Part shown: one piece after another, positions 29,359 to 38,300 of the stretch
Position numbering within the stretch: the first letter of the stretch is position 1
Layout of the letters: every line of letters starts with the position of its first letter
From: Kiritimatiellia bacterium
GTDB taxonomy: Bacteria > Verrucomicrobiota > Kiritimatiellia > RFP12 > UBA1067
Reading direction: 5' to 3'
NCBI GenBank assembly: GCA_045617985.1
Contig: JAZLJP010000145.1
Location: 1,075-65,074 of the forward strand
DNA length: 64,000 nt
The notes under the pieces: generated by a model
Databases searched by the model: none
What the model was told of the DNA's origin: nothing
The model's input: only the letters and a program-made list of their open reading frames with translations
Translations under genes and position numbers: made by a program

Positions 29359-30411
29359 ATGAAGAGCGCCCCCAGCGCCGTACCCGTGCCGCTTGCCATC
29401 ATCGGCGGCGGCGCGGCCGGCCTCTTCGCGGCCGTCATCGCCGCGGGCCGCGGGGTGGGCACGCTCGTCGTCGAGCGCAAGGCCCGGCTTGGGGCGAAGA
29501 TGCTGATGACGGCGAATGGACGGTGCAATTTCACGAAGGACCTCACGGCGGAGGAGATGCTCGCGGATATCGGCGAGCCTGTGGCGTCCTTCGTGCGCCC
29601 GGCCGTGACGGCGTGCCCGCCCGCGCGCATTCTCGGCGGCTTCCACGCGCTCGGCCTCAAGACGAAGCGGATGACCGACGGCCGCTTCTTCCCGGCGAGC
29701 GAGAAGGCGGCGGACGTCGTACACGTGTTCGGCGACCAGCTGCGCGACCGCGAAGTGCCGCTTCTTCTGAATACGCCCGTGACGGGGCTTGTGCGGGAGG
29801 GGGAGGGCTTTCGCCTCTCGACGAAATCGTTTACGCTTCAGGCGCGGCGCGTTCTTGTGGCGACGGGCGGGCTCTCGTTCCCGAAAACGGGAAGCGTGGG
29901 CGACGGGCAGGCGTTCGCGCGTGCGCTCGGCCACTGTATCGAGCCGTGCCGGGCGGGCCTCACGGGCTTCGACCTCGCGCGGCCGCCGCGGCCGGCGCGC
30001 TACGAAGAGGGAACGGCGCGCGTGTATGTGGATGGCAACGCCGTGTACACGGCGCGCGGCGAAGTGGAGTTCGACCGCACGGGCGTGACCGGTGCTGCCG
30101 TCTACAACTGCCAGCGGTGGGTGGCGCGGCATCTCGCGCCGCAGGCGGCGTGGCAGCTTGCGCTTGCCTATGGTGGCGAGGAGAGGCGGCTTGAGCGCCC
30201 GGCGGCGCATCCGCTCAAGGAGGCGATCGTCACCGTGGGGGGCGTTTCGCGTGAGGACGTAGACCCCGAAACGATGATGTCGCGTAAGGTGCCGGGCCTT
30301 TATTTCGCGGGCGAGGTGTTGGATATCGACGGCCCCACCGGGGGGTATAACCTCTCGCTTGCATTCGCGACGGCGCGGCTTGCGGTGGCGTCGCTCGTAA
30401 AGACGTTGTAG
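29359..30411 (+). CDS. HI0933/BaiN-family FAD-dependent oxidoreductase
   Basis: LAIIGGGAAGLFAAVIAAGRG dinucleotide fold, TANGRCNFTK motif and a C-terminal GLYFAGEVLDIDGPTGGYNL motif, all typical of this family. Confidence 0.8.
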   Translation: MKSAPSAVPVPLAIIGGGAAGLFAAVIAAGRGVGTLVVERKARLGAKMLMTANGRCNFTKDLTAEEMLADIGEPVASFVRPAVTACPPARILGGFHALGLKTKRMTDGRFFPASEKAADVVHVFGDQLRDREVPLLLNTPVTGLVREGEGFRLSTKSFTLQARRVLVATGGLSFPKTGSVGDGQAFARALGHCIEPCRAGLTGFDLARPPRPARYEEGTARVYVDGNAVYTARGEVEFDRTGVTGAAVYNCQRWVARHLAPQAAWQLALAYGGEERRLERPAAHPLKEAIVTVGGVSREDVDPETMMSRKVPGLYFAGEVLDIDGPTGGYNLSLAFATARLAVASLVKTL

Positions 30412-30424
30412 AGGAGGGGGAGAC

Positions 30425-30964
30425 ATGTCACAGGAATGGAACATCAAGAGCCGGGGCCATGTGTGCTCGATTTGCCAGAAGCCGCTCATCGACAAGGCGC
30501 CGGTCGTTTCGGCGCTGAAGGAACTGCCGGGCGGCTATGAGCGGCAGGACTGCCATCCGGAATGCTGGAAAACGGCGCCGCGCGACTGGGCGCCGTTCAG
30601 CCAGTGGGAAGGCGTGTATGTGGCGCCGCCGCCGCCCGACGCGCGCAAGGAGCCGCTTAAGAAGGAGACGGCGGATGAACTTCTGCGCCGCCTCATCTCG
30701 CTCGACGACCCGGCGATGAAGAACGTCGTCTACGTGCTCGCGGTGATGCTCGAGCGCTCGAAGATCCTCGTGGAGCGCGATGCGCGCGAACAGGAGGATA
30801 GCTCCATCATCCGCGTGTACGAACACCGCAAGACGGGCGAAAGCTTTGTCGTGCTCGACCCGCGCCTGCGGCTCGAGAACCTTGCCGAAGTGCAGCAGCA
30901 GGTCGTGGCGCTCCTTTCGGGCACGAAGAGCCTTGGCGAAGTTTCGGCGCAGGAAGAAGGATGA
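30425..30964 (+). CDS. Small conserved hypothetical protein with an N-terminal Cys/His cluster (CSIC...HPEC)
   Basis: Clean ORF. Its stop overlaps the kinase start (ATGA at 30961-30964). Confidence 0.7.
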   Translation: MSQEWNIKSRGHVCSICQKPLIDKAPVVSALKELPGGYERQDCHPECWKTAPRDWAPFSQWEGVYVAPPPPDARKEPLKKETADELLRRLISLDDPAMKNVVYVLAVMLERSKILVERDAREQEDSSIIRVYEHRKTGESFVVLDPRLRLENLAEVQQQVVALLSGTKSLGEVSAQEEG

Positions 30965-32355
30965 AGGAGAAGACGATGGAGACGAAACGGGAAACGGGGG
31001 CGGCCGCCGCAGGCGCAGAGGCGACGCTCGCGGCGGGCACGAAGCTCGGCGGGTGGACGATCGTGAGGCTCTTGGGCAAGGGCGGCATGGCGGAAGTCTA
31101 TGAAGTCGAAGACGCGCGTATCGCCACGCACTACGCGCTCAAGCTCTTCACCTACGCGCGCGGCGAAGCGGCGGCGGCGCGCGCGCGGTTCTTCGACGAG
31201 GCGAAGCTCCTCGCGAGGCTCCATCATCCGCGGCTCGTGCGCGTGTACGATTATGGAGAGGATGACGCGCGGCCCTATTTCGTGATGGATCTCGTTCTCG
31301 ATCCAACGGGCAAGCCGCGCACCTTGGCGGATGCGGGGGCGGTTGGCGTGGACGAAGACCAGGTGGCGATCTGGTACGAAGACCTGCGCGAAGGGCTCGC
31401 GTACATCCATTCGAAGGGGATCCTCCATCGCGACCTCAAGCTGCAGAACGTCTTGGTGGGGCCGGACGGGCATGTGGTCCTTTCCGATTTCGGCGTTGCG
31501 AAGATCTTCAGCCCCGAGCTGCGGGAGAACTTGGGCGTACAGGCCGAGCAGACGCTCCTTGCGGTGCAGAACGGGCGCCGAACGGTGATGGGGAGCGTGG
31601 GGTATCTCGCGCCGGAAGTCGAGATGGGGGTGGCGGCTTCGAAGGAGAGCGACTGGTATGCGCTCGGCGTGACGGTGTTCCGGCTCCTGACGGGCGTGTG
31701 GTGCGATGCGCGCACGGATGTGACGGGCGACCTTGAAACGTACAATCCCGTGTGGACGAAGATTCTGCCGAAGCTCCTCCACCTCAATCCGGCGGGGCGG
31801 GAGTGCCCGTCGTTCCGGGAACTTGCGAAGGCGCATTACGAAGAGGAATCCTATCAGCGCGAGACGATCTACGAAGGGGCGCGCGACAAGCTGCGGCGCG
31901 CGAAGAAGTCGAAGAAGATCCTCGTGGGCGTGATTGCCGCGTGCCTCGTGGGGCTTGCGGCGATGGGCGGGCTCGTGGGGCGGCTCGTCGCGGAGAAGGG
32001 GCGGCTTGAGGCCGAGCTCAGGGGGCGGTTCCCGACATTCGAGGACCTGTGCGTTCTCCCCGAAGGAAACGAAGGGCCGGTGGTCGACGGCGAAAGGGCG
32101 GAGCGTGTGGATCTTGCGCTCGCGCAGGTGGATGCGTGGGTCGTCACGCGCGCGCTCATTGCCTCCGCCACGCGCGGCGACATGACGCGCGCGGAAGTGG
32201 TTTCGCAATTGAGGGACCTCGCGCGCCAGGCCGATGCCGAAGAGGACGAGACCGTTTTCGCGGGGCTCACGGACTACGAGGGCGTGAGCGAGCTGCCGTA
32301 TCTCGCGTGGCTTTTGCGCGACATGGCCAAGCGTTTGGAAGGAGGCGGAAAATGA
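30961..32355 (+). CDS. Membrane-anchored Ser/Thr protein kinase (Hanks type)
   Basis: LGKGGMAEVY, YALKLF, HRDLKLQNVLV, SDFGVAK and GSVGYLAPE motifs. TM helix ILVGVIAACLVGLAAMGGLVG, followed by a ~120-aa C-terminal domain. Confidence 0.9.
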   Translation: MKEKTMETKRETGAAAAGAEATLAAGTKLGGWTIVRLLGKGGMAEVYEVEDARIATHYALKLFTYARGEAAAARARFFDEAKLLARLHHPRLVRVYDYGEDDARPYFVMDLVLDPTGKPRTLADAGAVGVDEDQVAIWYEDLREGLAYIHSKGILHRDLKLQNVLVGPDGHVVLSDFGVAKIFSPELRENLGVQAEQTLLAVQNGRRTVMGSVGYLAPEVEMGVAASKESDWYALGVTVFRLLTGVWCDARTDVTGDLETYNPVWTKILPKLLHLNPAGRECPSFRELAKAHYEEESYQRETIYEGARDKLRRAKKSKKILVGVIAACLVGLAAMGGLVGRLVAEKGRLEAELRGRFPTFEDLCVLPEGNEGPVVDGERAERVDLALAQVDAWVVTRALIASATRGDMTRAEVVSQLRDLARQADAEEDETVFAGLTDYEGVSELPYLAWLLRDMAKRLEGGGK

Positions 32356-32975
32356 GCAGTACATTCCCGGAAACATCGTTCACGCTCATCGCGAAGATCA
32401 AGGACCTCGCGCGCGGGCAGGACTCCGCCGTGTGGAACCGCTTCTGGGATCTCTATGCGCCGGCGATGCGCGCGTTTGCGGTCTTCAAGGGGGGCGAGGC
32501 GAATGCAGACGACATCGTGATGACGGTCTTGGGCAAACTCGTCGACGTGCTGCGCACGGGCCAGTACGATCCCGCGAAGGGAGCGTTCCATTCCTACCTC
32601 GCGACCATGATCTACAACGAGGTGCACATGCAGCATCGGAAGGACGAGGCACGCAAGAGCGACCAGCACGTCCCGCTCGACGAGGCGCTCGTGGAAGCGA
32701 TCCCCGCGCCGCCCACGGGCGGCGAGGCCGATCGCGACTGGCAGCGGGCGATTCTTGCGGCCGCCGTGGAACACGTCCTCACGAAGACGGCGCTTTCCGA
32801 GCGCGATCGCCAGATCTATCGCTTCTACGTGCAAGAGAACCATGCGCTTGATGAAGCCGCGGCCGAGTTCAAACTGCCGCGCAACACGATCAGCCAGATC
32901 AAGACGCGAATCGAAAAGCGCATCGCCGCCATCGGCCGCGAAATGGTGCAGGCCGCCGAGCGCATCGGCCAGTAG
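32352..32975 (+). CDS. ECF-type sigma-70 family RNA polymerase sigma factor, with no adjacent anti-sigma gene
   Basis: ATGA overlap with the kinase stop (32352-32355). Region-2-like block DDIVMTVLGKLVDVL...FHSYLATMIYNEV. Region-4 HTH LSERDRQIYRFYVQENHALDEAAAEFKLPRNTISQIKTRIEKRI. Confidence 0.8.
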   Translation: MSSTFPETSFTLIAKIKDLARGQDSAVWNRFWDLYAPAMRAFAVFKGGEANADDIVMTVLGKLVDVLRTGQYDPAKGAFHSYLATMIYNEVHMQHRKDEARKSDQHVPLDEALVEAIPAPPTGGEADRDWQRAILAAAVEHVLTKTALSERDRQIYRFYVQENHALDEAAAEFKLPRNTISQIKTRIEKRIAAIGREMVQAAERIGQ

Positions 32976-32980
32976 TCAGA

Positions 32981-33009
32981 AGGTGCTTGGCACCAAGTAC
33001 CAGGCACCT
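32981..33009 (+). terminator. Hairpin after the sigma-factor gene (weak terminator candidate, no clear U-tract)
   Basis: aggtgcttgg / 8-nt loop / accaggcacct: 10 bp including one G-U pair. Confidence 0.3.
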
Positions 33010-33067
33010 CCTTATGCGCGTGCGCTTGACCGATGACAAACTTTTTTCATTTTTTTCATTTCACCTC

Positions 33068-33096
33068 TTGCGTATCGGAATCCGTTATGGTACAAT
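33068..33096 (+). promoter_or_regulatory. Near-consensus sigma-70 promoter (TTGCGT-N17-TACAAT with a TGn extension) heading the giant-exoprotein locus
   Basis: -35 at 33068-33073; TGgTACAAT at 33088-33096. This predicts a ~140-nt leader before ATG 33245. Confidence 0.65.
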
Positions 33097-33244
33097 ATGT
33101 GCGCTTTCGAGCACTAGACCTTCGTGCGTTCAGACGTGCCTAGGAACCGGCTGGACAATCAAAAGTCCGAAGGAACGGTGCAAGGAAGTCTAGCCGGATG
33201 TTTCGGTTAGTCAACAAGGTAAAACAAAACAAGGAAGAAACAAA

Positions 33245-34009
33245 ATGAAGAAGCTCATGCTTACGGCCGCTGCTGCGGTCCTCTCGATGGGTGCGTTCGC
33301 TCTCTGCGGCGATGCGGAGCCCGTGGTTGTCGTCGTTCAGAAGACGGTGAAGGTTCAGCGCCAGGTCTACAAGACCACGTTCTGTGGCAAGACCACGACG
33401 GCTCTCCCTGGCAAGTCCGTGGCGAGCGCGTGCGGCGATGTCACGGAAGGCTGCTACGCTCGCGTGCCGGCCAAGCTCAAGATCAAGGGCTGGATCGCTC
33501 TCTGCGACACGGCTTGCACGGCCCTCGTGGGCGGCACGGCCGATGCCGAGAGCTATGCGTTCTGGGCGACGAAGCCGTTCAAGGCCGACCTCACGCCGGA
33601 TGCTGACTTGACGTTCGACTTCATCAACGTCATCGGCAAGAAGCCGAACAAGGCTGAAGCCGCTGGTAAGTTCACGAGCAAGTTCGTGTTCGCGGAAGGC
33701 ACGGAGTGGGATCTCGCCGATGGTCTCGCGTTCGCGGGTCTCGGTTCCTACAAGAAGCCGATCTACAAGAAGATCACGGGCAACTTCGTGGGTCAGCCGG
33801 CCGCTTCGTGGTACATCTCCAACGCGGTCTGCGCGCAGAGCGACGTCTATGATTGCGATACGCTCCAGCTCCTCTGCGGTGAATATCCCAGCACGGTTGC
33901 GTTCGGCAAGTGGACGCTCAAGTACAGCAAGTCCGCCGCCAAGAAGCTTGGCAAGGGCCAGCTCCCGAAGGTCCCGAGCTATGCGACCTACAAGAATGCC
34001 GCTGAATAA
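33245..34009 (+). CDS. Secreted 254-aa Cys-rich protein of unknown function
   Basis: Strong RBS aaggaagaaacaaaATG; signal peptide MKKLMLTAAAAVLSMGAFA; nine Cys residues; followed by an intrinsic terminator. Confidence 0.85.
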   Translation: MKKLMLTAAAAVLSMGAFALCGDAEPVVVVVQKTVKVQRQVYKTTFCGKTTTALPGKSVASACGDVTEGCYARVPAKLKIKGWIALCDTACTALVGGTADAESYAFWATKPFKADLTPDADLTFDFINVIGKKPNKAEAAGKFTSKFVFAEGTEWDLADGLAFAGLGSYKKPIYKKITGNFVGQPAASWYISNAVCAQSDVYDCDTLQLLCGEYPSTVAFGKWTLKYSKSAAKKLGKGQLPKVPSYATYKNAAE

Positions 34010-34036
34010 GCAAGGCATAGCTTGATAAAGCACCGA

Positions 34037-34076
34037 CTGGTGGGGTGGGTTTCCACCTCACCAGTTGTTCGTTTTT
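34037..34076 (+). terminator. Rho-independent terminator after the Cys-rich protein gene
   Basis: ctggtggggt (34037-46) / 8-nt loop / acctcaccag (34055-64), followed by ttgttcgttttt. Confidence 0.75.
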
Positions 34077-34105
34077 AGGGTAGACATCGAGATACAGGTG
34101 GTCAA

Positions 34106-35290
34106 ATGAACCGGTTGGCGATCCTTGGCATTGGCGCGATGCTCGCGCTGTTTTCTGGTTGCTCTGACGCTCGAAAGCCGCAGGCGGCGGCGAAGGCGGC
34201 CGAGCCGAAGATGGCGGACTTGGCGGAGGACGACGTGATTTTGCGCGTGAACGGCGCGGAATTCAAGAAGCACGATTTCACGGTGGCTTCGGCGCTGTTC
34301 GATAAAATGTCTCGGATGCGCGGCAAGGATCCGCTCACGGGGCCGAATGCGAAGGCGGAGCGCTCGAAGCTCCTCTATCGCCCGTATGTGCTTGGCGATA
34401 TCAAAAGGCGTGCGCTCATGGGGCAGTTTGCGCGCGAAAACAAGATCGTGGCGAGCGAGAAGAACGTCAAGGCGGCGGAAGATCTGTTTTTGAAGACGGT
34501 CGATCGGAAGAAATCGACGATTGACGAGGTGGCGACGGAGATCGGCGGAGAGGAAGGCGCCTTGCTGAAGACGTATCTCCAGCAGGATGCGGTAGATTTG
34601 ACGCTCCGCGAGAAGTTCGATACGGAGCATCGTCTTGACATCACGGATGCGGATGTGATGGTCGTTTCAAATCGCATTGAGAAGAGTCGGCAGACGGCGG
34701 CGGCGTCCAATGCGCTGGAGCGGGCGACGCTTGAAAAGGCGCTTGCGGAAATCAAGGCCGGCAAGGATTTCGCGGAAGTCGCGAAGACGTATTCGATCAT
34801 GCCGGGCGAGGCGAAGGAATGGGCGGAGATCGACCAGGACGACGTCGCCGAAGAGCATGTGGCGCTCACGGAGTGGGCGAAGACGGCGCGCACGGGCGCT
34901 GTTTCGGGGATTCTCGAACTGGAGGACGGGCAGGGTATCTGCAAGGTGACGGCCTATACAAAGGAAGAGGACGACGATCCGAATGAAAAGGACCGCGAGC
35001 CGCCGGAAGAGAACTGGACGATCGTGCGCATTGTCCGCAAGTTCTGGGAGCCGTACGAGCCGATGACGCGTAAGGAAATCGTGGAGGAGCTCTTCAAGAT
35101 CAGGAGCCGCGAGGTGCAGAAGAAGATTGGAGATGCGATCATGGCGAAGGCCGTCATTGAATGGCCGAAGGGCACGAACCTCTTCGAACACGTGGAAACG
35201 AAGGCGGAGATGACGAAGAGGGCCGCCGCCGAAAAGAAGGCCGCTGCCGAGAAGGCGAAGGTCCGGAAATCAACTTCAAAAGCGAAATAA
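34106..35290 (+). CDS. SurA/PrsA-like chaperone lipoprotein with a degenerate parvulin region and a Lys/Ala-rich tail
   Basis: The signal ends in LFSGC (lipobox). SurA-N-like helical region; KAGKDFAEVAKTYS block typical of the start of parvulin domains; C-terminal AAEKKAAAEKAKVRK. Confidence 0.75.
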   Translation: MNRLAILGIGAMLALFSGCSDARKPQAAAKAAEPKMADLAEDDVILRVNGAEFKKHDFTVASALFDKMSRMRGKDPLTGPNAKAERSKLLYRPYVLGDIKRRALMGQFARENKIVASEKNVKAAEDLFLKTVDRKKSTIDEVATEIGGEEGALLKTYLQQDAVDLTLREKFDTEHRLDITDADVMVVSNRIEKSRQTAAASNALERATLEKALAEIKAGKDFAEVAKTYSIMPGEAKEWAEIDQDDVAEEHVALTEWAKTARTGAVSGILELEDGQGICKVTAYTKEEDDDPNEKDREPPEENWTIVRIVRKFWEPYEPMTRKEIVEELFKIRSREVQKKIGDAIMAKAVIEWPKGTNLFEHVETKAEMTKRAAAEKKAAAEKAKVRKSTSKAK

Positions 35291-35308
35291 GCGAAAGGGT
35301 AGTCGAAA

Positions 35309-38300
35309 ATGAAATTCAGACAGCTCATGAAGGTCTCGAAGGGCCTTGTTTTGGGGGTCGTGGCGCTTGCCGCATTTGCGGTGCCGCAGGTTGCCGGCGC
35401 GGTTGAATACAGCGATAAGGACCTTGGTTCATTCATTACGGAGGTGCGCGCGCCCTTGGGGTCGCCCGTCGTGGTGGGTGAATGGAATGGCGACTTGGAC
35501 GCCTGCCGTGCGAAGGCCGAGAAGGAAGGCATCCCGATGATTGCCATCTGGAGCTTCCAGGGGTGCGCGCACTGCCACACGCTGGAACGTGCGCTCAAGT
35601 CGGACCGGTTCAAAGAATGGGCGAAGACCTGCGGGTTCATTCTCTGCTTCACCTGTTCGTACGACCCCAAGGGGGCGCGTTCGACGGGCGCCTATTACAG
35701 CTGGTGCGGGCGCAAGGGCCTTTCGGGGTCCTTGAGCGACTATCCCTACGTGCGCTTCTATTGGTACACGAACAACGGCAAGACCGCGAAGGTGGACTAC
35801 GCCGTGGTGGGCGATACGCTCGACAAGCAGCAGGGCATTGCCTATTGGACGAATCCCGACGGTACGCGCGAGAAGAATTTCAACAAGGCCGGTCAGAACT
35901 GCATCGACTACATCATGAATTCGAGCGGCTTTGGCGCCTACGTGCCGAAACCGGCGTTCAACGGCGGCGTGTTCACGGTCACGAACACGGTGGCGACGGC
36001 GTGCTTGCAGGCGGAACCTGCGACGACGTTCGTGAATGTCGAGATGACACGTGAAACGACGGATGCGGCCACGCAGAAAGTCGTTGTGACGCCGAGCGGA
36101 AAGACCGCCAAGACGATCTCGGTGAGTTGGGCGAAGAACGAGACGAACAAGGTGGTGAAGCTCGAGAACTTCAATACGGCCTTCTATACGGCCAATACGA
36201 ACGTCAAGCTGGAGGCGAAGGACGACGAGAACGGCACGATTTCAACGACGATCGTTGCCTGCGTGCCGGCGCAGCCGAATGCGCCGTCGAACCCGTATTG
36301 GATCGGCGAGAAGACGGCGGGCGAGCTTGCGTGGGGCGATTGGACGATGGATCTCGATGCCGCGAAGGCGAAGGTGGCGACCGATCCTGAAGCCGTGATG
36401 GTGGGTTTTGTGGACGGCACGCTCTGGTGCCCCTGGTGCAAGAAGGGCGAGACCTGGCTCACGTCCGAGGCGTTCAAGGCCTGGGCGGCTGAAAAGAAGG
36501 TGATCTTCGTGCAGGTCGATTGCCCGCGGCAGAATGCCGAGCAGAACGGTCCGGCCGAGGGGCCTACGCTCCTCCGCCACACCGTGGCGACGGTGAGCGG
36601 GGCTGCGACGAGCGGCAGCGGCTATCTCTCCCGTAAGATGATCGACCCCGCCGCGGCGGAGGCCGTCTTCGCGCGCAACATCGAACTCGTCACCGCCACC
36701 TGGCGCCGGCCCGAATCGGCGGCGTGGCGCACGGGCATGGGCACGTTCATCCTCTTCGACCATGACGGCACGGCGAAGGGACGCCTCGTGTGGAATCGCG
36801 AGGCCGAAGGCGCGGAAGCGAACATGCTGCGCCTTGCGGAACTTGAAACGCTCCTCGCCGACGCGAATGAAGAGGCGAACCAGGCGTGGCAGACGACGAG
36901 CGCCGAGGTGCCGATGAGCGGCACGGTGACGGGCAACGCGATTTCGCTTTGCGACCTCGTGGACGTCTTCAAGCTTCCGGCGAGCGCGAACGGCTGCTTC
37001 GAAGAATTCACCTACACCTCCGAAAAGGCGGCGGATGTGATTCTTGAAATCGTGAGCGTGAATGGTACCGCCGAGACGGTGGTAGCGACGGCGAGCGGGT
37101 CGAAGACCGTGGCGGTGGGCGGTACGATCACGAGCGAAACGAGCTATCTGCGCGTGCGCGGCAATGCGGAGACGACGTTCAAGGGCGACCACGCGACGTC
37201 GAATCCGAACGACACGCTCACGGCCTATACGCTTGTGAGCGCGGTGGTTTTGGTGCCGCAGGAAAAGATGGGCACCTACGAGCTGCCGGCCGGAGCGACG
37301 GCGGTGACGGTGCAGATCACGCAGGGCGAGCTCTATCGCCTGGATGGCGTCGAGGGCGTTGCCGGGAAGATCGTGGAAGACGAAACCCTCGGGAAGCCCT
37401 ATTTCCGGGCGCTCGTGAGCGAGAATGTGCAGCTTCCGGTGGCGGCTGGGTCGATCGCGGTGAACTTCCAGAATTGGAAGCCCGGCACGGTGGGCTTTGC
37501 GGTTGCGCGTGCGACGGCGAAGGAAAACGCGGGAACGGTGAAGATCACGCTCAAGCGGGTGGGCGGTGCATCCGGTGAAGCGGCGCTTGCCGTGACGCTC
37601 GATGAGACGGCAACGGCGTTCCTCGATTCCGATGGCGAGAAGCGCTATGAGGATTTCGCGGCCACTACGGTGACGTGGGCGGATGGCGACGCGGCCGACA
37701 AGACGGTGGAAGTGAAGCTCCTCTACGCCGGTGCGCGTTTCGACGGCAATGGTACGATCGTCTTGAAGGCCGCCAAGAGCGGGGAGTGCGTGGCGGCGCT
37801 CGGCACGGATTCTTTTGTGCTCGATGTGACGGAAGTCGACCAGGCGGCGCCGGGTGTGATCGGGTTTGTGGAAGCGGGCGCGGCGCTCGTGAAGGAAGGC
37901 CAGGCGCTCACGTTCAATGTGAGCCGTACGGTGGCGTCCGACGGGGCGGTTTCCGCCACGGTGAAGACCACGAAGGGAACGCTTTCGAGCGGAACGGCCA
38001 GCTGGGCGAACCACAAGTTCGACACGTTGCCGATCACGCTCTCGGGCCTTCGCAAGGGTGAGACGGCCACGGTGACCCTGACGGCGCCGCAGGGCGGCGC
38101 GACGCTCGGCGCGAACAAGAAGCTCACGGTGACGGCGGTCGATGCGGCGGGTGCGGAATTCGCGAACCCGAATCAGGCGGAAACGCTCGTTCGCTACGTG
38201 GCGTTCTCGAACGTGTATGCGCTCGCCGAAGCCCCGGCGAAGAAGCCGACGTTCGCAAAGATTTCGGGCACGCTCCCGGCGGGCCTCAAGGTGACATACG

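Noticed and set aside
28396-32376. Minus-strand ORFs 28396..30495 (699 aa) and 30730..32376 (548 aa)
   Set aside because: They are Arg/His/Leu-rich and overlap five + strand genes with clear PPIase, flavoprotein, kinase and sigma motifs.
33143-33167. ECF-type promoter GGAAC-N17-GTC inside the leader of the Cys-rich protein gene, considered as an annotated feature
   Set aside because: The match is short and degenerate and cannot be supported from one sequence. It is kept only as a hypothesis in the findings.
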